Part shown: positions 1 to 8,938 of the stretch, one piece after another
Layout: each line of letters opens with the position of its first letter
Position numbering within the stretch: position 1 is the first letter of the stretch
Source of the DNA: Deltaproteobacteria bacterium
GTDB taxonomy: Bacteria; Bdellovibrionota_C; UBA2361; SZUA-149; JAITKM01
Reading direction: 5' to 3'
DNA length: 56,666 nt
Assembly (NCBI GenBank): GCA_031278395.1
Contig: JAITKM010000013.1
Span: 1 to 56,666 of the forward strand
Notes under the pieces: generated by a model
Database searches by the model: none
What the model was told of the DNA's origin: nothing
What the model saw: the letters and a program-made list of their open reading frames with translations, nothing else
Program-made: the position numbers and the translations under genes

Positions 1-90
1 TGGAATTTTGATGAACTCCATATTTTTGGATTTTGGAGATGGTGAATGCCAAAAAGCATTGCCCATAAATTACGATTTATCACAATTGAG

Positions 91-204
91 CGGTGATGAT
101 TTTTGTTTAATCCTATTGGGCTGTGATAATTTTTTTCTAATCTTTGGCTGTGATGATTTTTGTTTAGTCTTGGGAAGTTGTGATTTTTGTTTATATTTAA
201 AAGG
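91..204. repeat. Degenerate ~28-bp tandem repeat array, 4 units (consensus approx. CTGTGATGATTTTTGTTTARTCYTGGG)
   Basis: Read directly: units at about 91-120, 121-147, 148-174 and 175-204 share a GTGAT(G/A)ATTTTTGTTTA core. They abut with no spacers, so this is not a CRISPR. The annotated 90-aa ORF 8..280 is just the translation of this array. Confidence 0.7.
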
Positions 205-228
205 TAACTACCGGCAATTATTGCATTT

Positions 229-241
229 CCCCCCCCCTCCC
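229..241. repeat. Homopolymeric C9 tract followed by TCCC
   Basis: Sequence ccccccccctccc sits in an otherwise AT-rich non-coding stretch downstream of the valS 3' end. Confidence 0.8.
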
Positions 242-404
242 GCAACTTTTAGTAGGGAATTCGTGGAAGTTGTTTTTTAAAAAGTTGTTACTGATTTGTT
301 GTTTAAGATGTAACTTTTTTTGCATAAATTACCCCATTATAATGACCGAGGGGCTATTAAATTAATTATATTTTCTTGTCTAGATATTTTTTCAAGAGCT
401 TTTT

Positions 405-545
405 TCTGTTTTTTTTCTGGTACAGGGTTACTTTTATTTTTATACTTTTTTAGAAATTACAAAATAATTTAGAGAGTTACGTTTGTTTAATGTATGAAAA
501 AACTAATAAATAAAGTAACCCCATACCAGCGAAACCAGCGAAATA
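405..545. mobile_element. MITE-like palindromic repeat element, copy A
   Basis: The left terminus TTTTTTCTGGTACAGGGTTACTTTT (about 411-436) and the right terminus AAAGTAACCCCATACCAG (512-529) are inverted copies of each other. They flank an AT-rich core of about 75 bp. The right terminus is followed by the tandem ACCAGCGAA ACCAGCGAA. The core is about 80% identical to the core at 51663-51740. Confidence 0.8.
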
Positions 546-664
546 TGATGATTGCTAAAAATATACATTTTGATCGAGATTATAATCGTTAAAAATTTGT
601 CGCTTTTTATATTGACACAAATTCCATAGTAGTCGCTGCACTAGGTGCCAGGAATTATCGTTTT

Positions 665-3358
665 TTAACCTATAATATTTCCTTCCATTATTGAAATATA
701 ACTTCTTAAAGTCGCATTATTTGCCAAGAGATTTTTTTGTTTTTCTTTAACTTCTTGTACAATATTAGCTGGAGCTTTTTGTAAATAATTTTCATTACTC
801 AATGTTTTGTTACAAGTTAATAAAGCTTTTTCATTATCGGCTATTTTCTTAGTCAACATTTTGCTAATTTCTATAATATCAACAATTCCTTCATCCAATT
901 TTATATAAGCGAAACCTACATCAAGTGCTATTGGAATATATCCTGCCAATTGTTTTTTAGGACTCGTTAAGCTTTCTGTAATAAAGGCATTAGCTGTATT
1001 ATTTAAAACAAACTCTAATTCTTGATATTTTTTCAAATTGTCTCTAGCTGAATAGATAGAAATATTTAATTTTGTTTTATATTCTATGCCAAACAAATGT
1101 CTCATTTCTCGTACTTTTGTAACCAAATTCATATTAAGCAACATCGCAGAACAAATATCATTTGCACTAGGCACATCTACTTCTATCCAATTAGTATTAA
1201 GCAAAAATTGTTCGTGCTTAACATCCATAGTTTGTTGTAGTAATTGCCATAACTTTTCCGTCACATACGGTATATACAAGCTAAACATTTTTAATATCTG
1301 CACCATCACATAAACCGCCGTCATCAAAGCTTGTTGCTTGTCTACTAAGTTTTTGGAATGTAAACGCGGTTTAATTATTTCTATAAACCAATCGCAAAAA
1401 TCTCCCCGAAAGAATGCAGATAACTCAACAAAAGCTTGCGATATATTATAGGCTTGCAAATAATTATCATGATTAATAACGCATTGTTTGAGCTTAGCAA
1501 TGATCCATTTGTCTATTGCATTGTCTGATGATTTAAATTTGTCAAAATCAACTAATTTTGTTTCAGCAGTTAGATTAGTTAAGATAAAACGACAAGAATT
1601 CCATAATTTTGTAACTAAAGCTCTCCCTTCTTTATAATCATTATTGCTAATTTTGCAGTCTTGTCTTCCCAATGGATATTTACTAATCACTGTAGCTCTA
1701 ACTGCATCCACTCCAAATTCTTTAAATAAAATTAATGGATCTTGATAATTACCAAGACTTTTAGAAAGCTTACGTCCTTGTTCGTCACGAATTAGTCCAT
1801 GCAAAACCAAAGTTTTAAAAGGTATATTGTCAGTAAATTCTAAAGCCATTACCATCATTCTTGTACACCAGAAGAATAAAATATCTCGACCAGAAAAAAG
1901 AGTTGTCGTCGGAAACCAAAAATCTAATTCTGGAGTTTTCTTTGACCAACCTAAGGTAGAAAAGGGCCACAAGGCAGATGAAAACCACGTATCCAGCACG
2001 TCTGTTTCTTGTCTTAACTTAGTGTGCCCACACTTACTACAAGCTTGTGGTGTATCAATTTCAGCCATGAGATTGTCACATTTTTCGCAGGTATAAACTG
2101 GAATTTGATGTCCCCAAACTAATTGCCTAGAAATGCACCAGTCTCGAATATTATCCACCCAATGAAAGAAATCATTACGTTCAGAATCTGGAATAATTTT
2201 AATTTTTTTTGCTTCAACAGTTAACTTTGCCCGCAAAGCTAGATCTCTCATTTTTAAAAACCACTGTTCTGAAATAAGCGGTTCTATTACGTTATGACAA
2301 CGTTCACACTTAGTAATGTTATTTACATAATTCTCGATTTTTACTAAAAACTTTTGTTGGACTAGATCGTCAACAATAACATTACGAGCCGTCATTATAT
2401 CTAAGCCAATATATTTGGCTGGTGCAGGCTCTATTATTTTTCCATCTTTATTTATAATCGAAATTATTGGGAGATTATGCCGTTTTCCTACTTCATAATC
2501 AGTAAAATCATGCGCTGGCGTTATTTTTACCGCACCAGTTCCAAAATCTAAAGCAACAAAGTTGTCTTTAATAATTGGAATAACCCTATTTGCAAGCGGC
2601 AAAAAACATTTAGTATATTTTAAAGTTTTATATCTTTCATCTTCTGGATTTATTGCTACTGCCACATCACCTAACATGGTTTCGGGACGAGTCGTAGCAA
2701 TGACAACTCCGTCGTCTTGAATATTCTCTTGTTCATCTACAAACGGATATTTGATATACCACAATAATCCACTGTTTTTTTCATGAATTAAATCTTCGTC
2801 AGCAAAAGCTGTTCCGCATCTTGAACACCAACTTACTATTCTCGAACCTTTATAAATCAACCCTTTATTAAAAAGTCTAACAAACGCAGTGCGAACAGCT
2901 AAAGACAAGCCTTCGTCTAATGTAAATCGCTCACGTTCCCAATCACAAGAGAAACCTAATTTTTTAAGCTGAGTTGTAATAATATTCTTGTGATTTAAGG
3001 CAAATTCCCAAATCTTATTTAATAAAGCTTCTCTGGATAGAGTTTCCGGATTTATGCCTTGTTTGTATAAAAATTTTTTAACTACATTCTGAGTAGAAAT
3101 TCCTGCATGATCTGTGCCAGGTATCCACACAGCTGAAAATCCACGCATTCTATGCCAACGCAGATAAGCATCTTGTATAACATTATCTAAGATGTGTCCC
3201 AGATGCAATGTTCCAGTCACATTCGGTGGTGGTATTACAATTGAAAAAGGTTGTTTATTCTTATCTATCTCTGCGTGAAAGACACGACTCTTTTCCCACT
3301 GCTCACTAATCTGAGCTTCAATCTCTTCATGATTAAAATGTATAGGTATTTCTTGCAT
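665..3358 (-). CDS. valS: Valine--tRNA ligase
   Basis: 897 aa. HIGH-type motif (PPPNVTGTLHLGHILD), KMSKS-type motif (KLSKSLGN), tRNA-synthetase class I editing and anticodon-binding regions, and a C-terminal coiled coil typical of ValRS. Confidence 0.93.
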   Translation of the reverse strand: MQEIPIHFNHEEIEAQISEQWEKSRVFHAEIDKNKQPFSIVIPPPNVTGTLHLGHILDNVIQDAYLRWHRMRGFSAVWIPGTDHAGISTQNVVKKFLYKQGINPETLSREALLNKIWEFALNHKNIITTQLKKLGFSCDWERERFTLDEGLSLAVRTAFVRLFNKGLIYKGSRIVSWCSRCGTAFADEDLIHEKNSGLLWYIKYPFVDEQENIQDDGVVIATTRPETMLGDVAVAINPEDERYKTLKYTKCFLPLANRVIPIIKDNFVALDFGTGAVKITPAHDFTDYEVGKRHNLPIISIINKDGKIIEPAPAKYIGLDIMTARNVIVDDLVQQKFLVKIENYVNNITKCERCHNVIEPLISEQWFLKMRDLALRAKLTVEAKKIKIIPDSERNDFFHWVDNIRDWCISRQLVWGHQIPVYTCEKCDNLMAEIDTPQACSKCGHTKLRQETDVLDTWFSSALWPFSTLGWSKKTPELDFWFPTTTLFSGRDILFFWCTRMMVMALEFTDNIPFKTLVLHGLIRDEQGRKLSKSLGNYQDPLILFKEFGVDAVRATVISKYPLGRQDCKISNNDYKEGRALVTKLWNSCRFILTNLTAETKLVDFDKFKSSDNAIDKWIIAKLKQCVINHDNYLQAYNISQAFVELSAFFRGDFCDWFIEIIKPRLHSKNLVDKQQALMTAVYVMVQILKMFSLYIPYVTEKLWQLLQQTMDVKHEQFLLNTNWIEVDVPSANDICSAMLLNMNLVTKVREMRHLFGIEYKTKLNISIYSARDNLKKYQELEFVLNNTANAFITESLTSPKKQLAGYIPIALDVGFAYIKLDEGIVDIIEISKMLTKKIADNEKALLTCNKTLSNENYLQKAPANIVQEVKEKQKNLLANNATLRSYISIMEGNIIG

Positions 3359-3405
3359 TACTATTTCCTTGCGTTTTATTCATTTTAAATTAACTAAGAT
3401 TAAAC

Positions 3406-3445
3406 AAAAAAATTTAACAAAGACATAACTTTGTTAAATTTTTTT
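3406..3445. promoter_or_regulatory. Perfect 17-bp inverted repeat (AAAAAAATTTAACAAAG-6nt-CTTTGTTAAATTTTTTT) about 48 bp upstream of the valS start
   Basis: Read directly from the sequence. On the valS sense strand the hairpin is followed by a U-rich run, so it is a candidate operator or attenuator. Confidence 0.35.
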
Positions 3446-3512
3446 GTAGCTTTAATGTGACAATTTGTGTCTTTTGAAATTCAAATATTTTTTTAAATTT
3501 TCATGATAATCA

Positions 3513-3905
3513 TCATTCAAAAATATCAAAAGCCTCCCAACCACTCAATCGGTACAAATTGGACAACGTAGAACATAAAATTAAACTTGAAGTCAAGACA
3601 TCAAACTTAAGAATTCTTTTAATATCGTTTTCATCTAAAATTTCCAGGAGCTCGTAAATATTTTCGATATTATCTTTATGAACTGCACAACTAACTTTTA
3701 GCAAAAGTTGCTTTTATTACTTCGTTCATTGCCAAACCATTAGTAAGTATCTTAGCAATTAAATTATTAGAACGAATTTCTTTTACAAAATCTACAAGAT
3801 CTGTTCCACATAACAGTTCACCTTCTAATAAATGTATTTCCGAATTGGTAACATTAAGCTGTTTTAATAAATTTAAACCTTTTTCTCCAAAATTGATTAA
3901 CCTGA
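3513..3905 (-). pseudogene. Possible degraded gene remnant (two out-of-frame ORF pieces, no ATG start)
   Basis: An upstream fragment (~3691-3905) translates as ...LINFGEKGLNLLKQLNVTNSEIHLLEGELLCGTDLVDFVKEIRSNNLIAKILTNGLAMNEVIKATFAKS and stops at 3691-3693. In a different frame it abuts the TTG-initiated 63-aa ORF 3513..3704. Neither piece has a recognisable family. Confidence 0.25.
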
Positions 3906-4037
3906 AACGACTTTTTCAACTATTATTATTTATATTCTAGAATTTAGAATTTCTAGAATATCGAGAAAGAATTTATAAATACGACGGCGATCGTCTTGCT
4001 TTGTGCAAATTCATGTCCATTCGTTGGGCAGAAATAG

Positions 4038-4595
4038 TTAAAAATATGTATCTACTGCAAATTTAAACTGGTCAATAAATAATTTTTTAAAATATTGAGT
4101 GTTATTTTGTTCATAAAATAATAAAATTGCCTTTTTGTATTCGTCAACATTTGTATTGCGATATGATAACGGACAATAGTCGTTTGCAAGCAAGACTGCA
4201 TTGGCGAGAATTCGAGATGTTCTTTTATTACCATCTTCAAAGGGGTGAATGTAAGAAATCATTAAAACGCAAATTAATGCTTTTTCTATTGGATTTTCAG
4301 TTTGATTAACAAGCGCTACTAATTGTTCCAGCGCTTCTTTGATTTGTTTGGCATTATCCAGCGGACGATATTTCATGCCAATAATTCCAACTTTGTGATT
4401 ACGAATTCCAGACGTGATATCTAGGTCATTTGTTAGTAATTTGTGCAAATCTTCGATGTGACGTATTGTTGCCCGCGATGTTTTATCAAAATGTTCGGAT
4501 ACAAAATTCTGAATTTCTTGTCGCGAAACAGATTTTTTTAACTGTAAAAAATCTAAAATCGCTTGTTGACGTTCATTTAATTTATTTTGTGCCAT
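4038..4595 (-). CDS. Fic/Doc-family protein with N-terminal winged-HTH
   Basis: 185 aa. Fic active-site motif HPFEDGNKRTSR, a variant of HxFx(D/E)GNGRxxR. The N-terminal ~60 aa look like a DNA-binding wHTH (ERQQAILDFLQLKKSVSRQEIQNFV). Confidence 0.75.
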   Translation of the reverse strand: MAQNKLNERQQAILDFLQLKKSVSRQEIQNFVSEHFDKTSRATIRHIEDLHKLLTNDLDITSGIRNHKVGIIGMKYRPLDNAKQIKEALEQLVALVNQTENPIEKALICVLMISYIHPFEDGNKRTSRILANAVLLANDYCPLSYRNTNVDEYKKAILLFYEQNNTQYFKKLFIDQFKFAVDTYF

Positions 4596-4609
4596 TATAT
4601 TTTTCTTTG

Positions 4610-4655
4610 TTGCGTCTCATTTTAAGTTGGTTTCCGTATCAAAAATGAGACGCAA
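4610..4655. promoter_or_regulatory. Perfect 14-bp inverted repeat TTGCGTCTCATTTT-18nt-AAAATGAGACGCAA immediately 5' of the Fic start codon
   Basis: Read directly. The left arm starts about 15 bp upstream of the Fic ATG (minus strand). It is a candidate autoregulatory operator for the HTH-Fic protein, or a 5'-UTR hairpin. Confidence 0.45.
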
Positions 4656-4966
4656 ATATTTTATTTTCTGGCTATATAGTTATTTTGTTTTTAAAATAAT
4701 TAATATTTCTAATATGTTATATTTTATGCTTTTTAAAAGTAGCCTACGGACAGGCTGTCGTATTATTAGGTACCAAAAATTATGAAAACTATACAACAAA
4801 TAAGAATCAGAATATTAAATTATATTATTGGCGTGTGTAAAATAAAGGTCAAATGTCAGAAATTGATTTTGTGCTGAATTGTGGAAAAAAATTTAAAGAA
4901 TTGAAGTTAAAAGTGGCAAGATTTTCTCAAGATTGATGATTTAGAAATACTATTTAAATAGAAATT

Positions 4967-5179
4967 ATGGTTAATAAAATAATTTATCTTACTTTTGTTC
5001 TTTTCTTTTATTGCGCTTGTGTTCGCGTCAAGGATGACTATATCAATAACAATTTGGTCTACCATAATGTAACTTTAAAAGCTGCAGTGGAGAGGATTGA
5101 AGAGTATAAACTAGCAACTCAAAAGGAGCTTGAGGAAATAAAGTTACTTAGTTCTCAGGTAAAGGAAGACTTAAAATAA
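4967..5179 (+). CDS. Small exported protein (hypothetical)
   Basis: 70 aa with a hydrophobic N-terminus ending in ...FFYCAC, then a charged helical region. It lies 3 bp upstream of the next ORF, which suggests coupling. Confidence 0.35.
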   Translation: MVNKIIYLTFVLFFYCACVRVKDDYINNNLVYHNVTLKAAVERIEEYKLATQKELEEIKLLSSQVKEDLK

Positions 5180-5182
5180 TCT

Positions 5183-5965
5183 ATGAAAAATTTTGTTCGT
5201 TTTTTTCTTATTAGTAGTTTTGTGATTTTATGCTCGTTAAGTTTGGCTTTTGCTCAAGCTACTAAGCCTACATATGGTCGCACGCCAGATGGTAGCGCTT
5301 ATCGAATTGCTAAAGATGGCACGATTTTAATGGATCAAGTTGCGGAGTTAGAATTAACTGTTAATGAGTTACGCAATGATTTGATAGAAACTCAAAACGA
5401 GTTAAACGAGAAAACTAAATTAGTTCAAACTTTACAGAAGAAAATAGCCAGTCAAAGCTCTACTGAGCAAGTCCCTTATTATTCGTCTACTAATCTGTGT
5501 GCTAAGGAAAAGTCTGAGCTTGCGCGCCTGAAACAGGAATTAGTAAAATTAAAAGATGAATTAAAGATTACTAAAAGCTCATTAGCTTTTATTCAACATC
5601 AACGAGATAACGAAACGCAAAATAATGATTTTTTGTGGGGCGCTGAACCTAATAGAGCAGTAAAGACAAAAGCTAGTGGTAGTTTAAATCCATCTGCTGA
5701 AGCTGGGCTAACTAAGTCTATAACTAGAGTTGAGGCGTTAAGTAGTAAGCGTGATAAGTTGTTGGAAAAGCTAACCAAGGCAGGTAAAACTTTTGAAGTT
5801 AAAGAATTAGTTGCGACTAGTGGTAATGATTTTGAAAATCTTAAAACCAGAACAGTTAGTTCTAAGAAATCTTTGGACGAAGTAGAGTTAATTAGCCAAG
5901 ACCTTTCGGAAATTGAAAATATTTTAAAAGAAGATATTTCATTTTTACGCCGCATGTTAAAATGA
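5183..5965 (+). CDS. Secreted coiled-coil protein (hypothetical)
   Basis: 260 aa. N-terminal signal peptide (MKNFVRFFLISSFVILCSLSLAFAQA), followed by long heptad-like, Glu/Lys/Leu-rich segments. Confidence 0.5.
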   Translation: MKNFVRFFLISSFVILCSLSLAFAQATKPTYGRTPDGSAYRIAKDGTILMDQVAELELTVNELRNDLIETQNELNEKTKLVQTLQKKIASQSSTEQVPYYSSTNLCAKEKSELARLKQELVKLKDELKITKSSLAFIQHQRDNETQNNDFLWGAEPNRAVKTKASGSLNPSAEAGLTKSITRVEALSSKRDKLLEKLTKAGKTFEVKELVATSGNDFENLKTRTVSSKKSLDEVELISQDLSEIENILKEDISFLRRMLK

Positions 5966-6122
5966 AACAAATACAAGGTAGAGGCGCCCCTACAATATTT
6001 GACTATAGTAGTGTGAAATATTTTTGTTAAAAGTAACGATAGAGGCTGGGTAGGGATTTGTAGTTACTCTTTTTATTGGAGCTAAAGGGTTACAATAATA
6101 TAACGAACAACGAAAGTTATTT

Positions 6123-6368
6123 ATGAATATTCAAAAACTAAGCGCAGTAGCGCTGAAATATGATGATTCTATAGATGATGCACCTCTGATTGCCGCGCAA
6201 GGGCAATTATTAGTTGCCAAAGAAATGAAAGCTATTGCCAGACGTTACGGAATTCCAATTTGCACAAATGAAGAGCTAACAGAAAATTTGCAACAGTTGC
6301 AATGTAATCAAAATATTCCACAATCCCTATACTTAGAAGTCGCCAAAATTTTCGCCCCCAAAAAATAA
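6123..6368 (+). CDS. FlhB/YscU C-terminal-domain-like small protein (FhlB domain protein)
   Basis: 81 aa. The sequence KLSAVALKYDDSIDDAPLIAAQGQLLVAKEMKAIARRYGIPICTNEEL...LYLEVAKIFA matches the conserved post-NPTH C-terminal domain of type-III export switch proteins. It begins just after the position where NPTH would lie. Confidence 0.65.
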   Translation: MNIQKLSAVALKYDDSIDDAPLIAAQGQLLVAKEMKAIARRYGIPICTNEELTENLQQLQCNQNIPQSLYLEVAKIFAPKK

Positions 6369-6415
6369 GTCCTGAAAGTTTAACACCCAATAAAAACAGC
6401 CAGATCAAGGAATTT

Positions 6416-6460
6416 GTATCCTTTTTGAAAGTTGATACATCAAAAGGAGAGATTTTTTAT
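6416..6460 (+). terminator. Candidate intrinsic terminator after the FlhB-like gene
   Basis: Stem TCCTTTT/AAAAGGA with a 16-nt loop, followed by GAGAG and a T6 run. The spacer is a little long and the stem is weak. Confidence 0.4.
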
Positions 6461-6505
6461 ATTAATTATCTTTTATCCAATTATTTTTTTAAAAGGTGAA
6501 CGAAT

Positions 6506-6745
6506 ATGTTAACAATAAGTGTAAATGGAACTGAACTTGTGTTTAATCATGAACATGTCAAAAACATTAATGAATTAATTGAGTTTGTCAATGAAGGCGT
6601 AGCTCAACATAATCATTCAGTTTTTAGCGTTAAAAAAGGTGAGCAAGATTTAACTGAATTAGATTGGAGCATGCCGCTTCTTGATCATGAAGATACAACA
6701 CTGGCTATTTTGACTAGCGAGAAATTAACTGCGTCAGAATTATAA
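6506..6745 (+). CDS. Hypothetical protein
   Basis: 79 aa. A good RBS (AAAAGGTGAACGAAT ATG) precedes it. No recognisable family. Confidence 0.4.
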   Translation: MLTISVNGTELVFNHEHVKNINELIEFVNEGVAQHNHSVFSVKKGEQDLTELDWSMPLLDHEDTTLAILTSEKLTASEL

Positions 6746-6765
6746 GGGATTACTTCCTCCGTATA

Positions 6766-8439
6766 TTATCCCTGCATTAACTCTTGCGCAATTTCTCGAA
6801 ACTTTTCCGTAATGTTTTTGCCTGCCAGTAGATGCGCAATTTCTTCAATCCGCGCAGGACGATCTAGTTGGTTAATGTGAACAATAGTTTTTTCTGTTTT
6901 ACTAGATTTTTGTATTTCCTTTGTAATTACGTAATGTGTGTCAGCTAAAGCTGCAATTTGTGGAGAGTGGGTGATTAATAAAACTTGCGTCGTCTTGGAA
7001 ATAGTTTTTAATTTTTCACCGACTACAGTCGCAACCGCTCCACTAATCCCAGTATCAACTTCGTCAAAGATTTGCAAAATTGTTGCGTATTTCTCATTTA
7101 AAATAGTTTTTAAGGTTAGCAAAATACGGGATAATTCTCCGCCAGAAGCAACTTTATTTAACCCCCTAAATGGCTCACCAGGATTAGCAGCCAACATAAA
7201 CTCAATTACATCAGCGCCAAAACTTGAAAGCTCAACCTCTTGAAAGTCAATTTTAAACTTAGCCTTTTTCATATTTAAGCGATTCAACTCTGTTTCAACT
7301 TTTTGTTCCAAAACTTTAGCGCTAGCTTTGCGCCTTTGAGAGAGTTTCGCTGCCAATTTTTCAAGCTCTTTTTGAGTTAGTAAAAATTTCTTTTCAAGCT
7401 TTTCAATATCAAACTCACCGGCTTCAAATTCAACTAACTCTGCCTGAATTTTCTGATAATATTCTATTAACTCTGGAATACTTTTGTGGTATTTTCTTTC
7501 AAGTCTTGCAATTTCAGCAAGACGCTCGCGCAGACTTTCCAACTGCTCCGGATTTGCCTCAAGATTATTCAGATATTGCTCCAAACTAAAATTAATTTCC
7601 CGAATTTGTTGATAGGTTGAATCAATTAATTTATAAAATTCCTCTAAATTTTTGTCTTTTTTACTAGCATTTTCCAACAATTGCCTAAGTCGTACCAGTG
7701 AAAGCAACACGCCATGTTCGTCTGCATCAATTAATGTTAAGCTTTCGTTTATTGTATTGCAGATAAACTCAACATTTTGTAATTTACTAATTTGCGCTTC
7801 AAGTTTTTCTCGTTCACCTAATTCTAAACCAACTTGCTTTAATTCTTCTCTTTCAAAGCTGAGACGACGAAAATATTCCATCTTTTCACTAGCTTCTTTT
7901 TTAAAATCATCCAGTGTTTTTTTAGCTTTGGAATATTCTAAATATGCTGCCTTGACTACGCTCAACAACTCCCCAAATTCGCCATAATTGTCTAGTAATC
8001 TTCTGTGCTGGCTGTGGTCTAATAAAGATTGCTGCTGGTGTTGTCCAGTAATATCAAACAAAAAAACAGAGATTTTTTGTAAAGTTGCCAGCGGGACAAG
8101 ACTGGAATTTAAATAGGCTTTGCCTTTTCCATTGTCTTCAACAATTCTACGAATAATAATTTCTTCGTCTTCTAAGAGTTCAGCTAACTCGTCTGCTACT
8201 TCAATAATTGCTTGTTTGTTTTCGGGCGTAATATTAAATAAACCTTCAATCTCACAGCGGGCTTGACCATGCCGAATAATATCTGATGTGGAACGCAGAC
8301 CGCCTAATAAAGCAATCGCTTTCAAAATAATAGACTTACCTGCACCAGTCTCACCAGTGATGATATTTAAGCCGGAGTTAAATTCAACCTCAAGTTGTTC
8401 TACAATGGCTAAGTTTTTTATTTTAAGTAAGGATAACAT
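6766..8439 (-). CDS. recN: DNA repair protein RecN
   Basis: 557 aa. N-terminal Walker A (GETGAGKSIILKAIALLGG), a long central coiled coil, and a C-terminal SMC-type signature region (GGELSRILLTLK...DEVDTGISG). Confidence 0.9.
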   Translation of the reverse strand: MLSLLKIKNLAIVEQLEVEFNSGLNIITGETGAGKSIILKAIALLGGLRSTSDIIRHGQARCEIEGLFNITPENKQAIIEVADELAELLEDEEIIIRRIVEDNGKGKAYLNSSLVPLATLQKISVFLFDITGQHQQQSLLDHSQHRRLLDNYGEFGELLSVVKAAYLEYSKAKKTLDDFKKEASEKMEYFRRLSFEREELKQVGLELGEREKLEAQISKLQNVEFICNTINESLTLIDADEHGVLLSLVRLRQLLENASKKDKNLEEFYKLIDSTYQQIREINFSLEQYLNNLEANPEQLESLRERLAEIARLERKYHKSIPELIEYYQKIQAELVEFEAGEFDIEKLEKKFLLTQKELEKLAAKLSQRRKASAKVLEQKVETELNRLNMKKAKFKIDFQEVELSSFGADVIEFMLAANPGEPFRGLNKVASGGELSRILLTLKTILNEKYATILQIFDEVDTGISGAVATVVGEKLKTISKTTQVLLITHSPQIAALADTHYVITKEIQKSSKTEKTIVHINQLDRPARIEEIAHLLAGKNITEKFREIAQELMQG

Positions 8440-8491
8440 GTTAATTCAGCTTTAAAAATAGGTTGCTAAGGGAGAGGATTTTTTTCTACTC

Positions 8492-8938
8492 TTATTTAAG
8501 CCAATCCAATACGCCACGTTTCCAAATATACAAAAGACTTATTTCAACCAGGCTGACAAATAAAAATATTGCTACAAATCCCTGCTGACCTAAAACCTCC
8601 ACATTAACTGCATATGGATAAATTAGCGCCAGTTCAACATCGAACAGCGCAAAAACCACGGCAACTAGATAAAACTTAATATTTAAGCGCTGCCCAGTTT
8701 GGTTAGTTCCAAGAGTTCCGCACTCAAAAGCGGTCTGTTTAACTGAATTTGTTTTTGAAGATTTAAAAAAGAAACTCAAGGGGTGGCGAGTTGTTTTAGC
8801 AAAAACTAGATTGAAAAAATATAAACATAAAGGCAAAAGCAGATTTTTAAAAGTTGCCATAAAAACTACAATGCCTAGGCAGACAAGAGTAGTAATTAGT
8901 AAGGCTAAGTAAGGGGTGTCATTTAATTCAGGATTCAT
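8492..8938 (-). CDS. nuoA: NADH-quinone oxidoreductase subunit A (NuoA/ND3 family)-like membrane protein
   Basis: 148 aa. Conserved NuoA core AFECG...RLNIKFYLVAVVFALFDVELALIYPYAV...LLYIWKRGVLDW. The start overlaps the stop of the upstream DUF2934 ORF (ATGA). No other nuo genes are nearby. Confidence 0.55.
   Translation of the reverse strand: MNPELNDTPYLALLITTLVCLGIVVFMATFKNLLLPLCLYFFNLVFAKTTRHPLSFFFKSSKTNSVKQTAFECGTLGTNQTGQRLNIKFYLVAVVFALFDVELALIYPYAVNVEVLGQQGFVAIFLFVSLVEISLLYIWKRGVLDWLK

Noticed and set aside
91-204. Tandem 28-bp repeats as a possible CRISPR array
   Set aside because: The units abut directly with no unique spacers and are degenerate. No cas genes are present.
8-280. 90-aa ORF (MMNSIFLDFGDGECQ...PPPP)
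   Set aside because: It is the translation of the 28-bp tandem array and the poly-C tract. The periodic, low-complexity protein is not a credible gene.
1086-2096. Plus-strand ORFs 1086..1313 and 1827..2096 inside valS
   Set aside because: They are antisense to a well-supported, continuous valS CDS. These are typical shadow ORFs.
4052-4648. ORFs 4052..4240(-), 4127..4309(+), 4430..4648(+) overlapping the Fic gene
   Set aside because: They overlap a CDS that carries a clear Fic motif. They are low-complexity alternative-frame ORFs.
5599-5976. Minus-strand ORF antisense to the coiled-coil protein gene
   Set aside because: It is a shadow ORF. The plus-strand ORF has a signal peptide and a coherent coiled-coil sequence.
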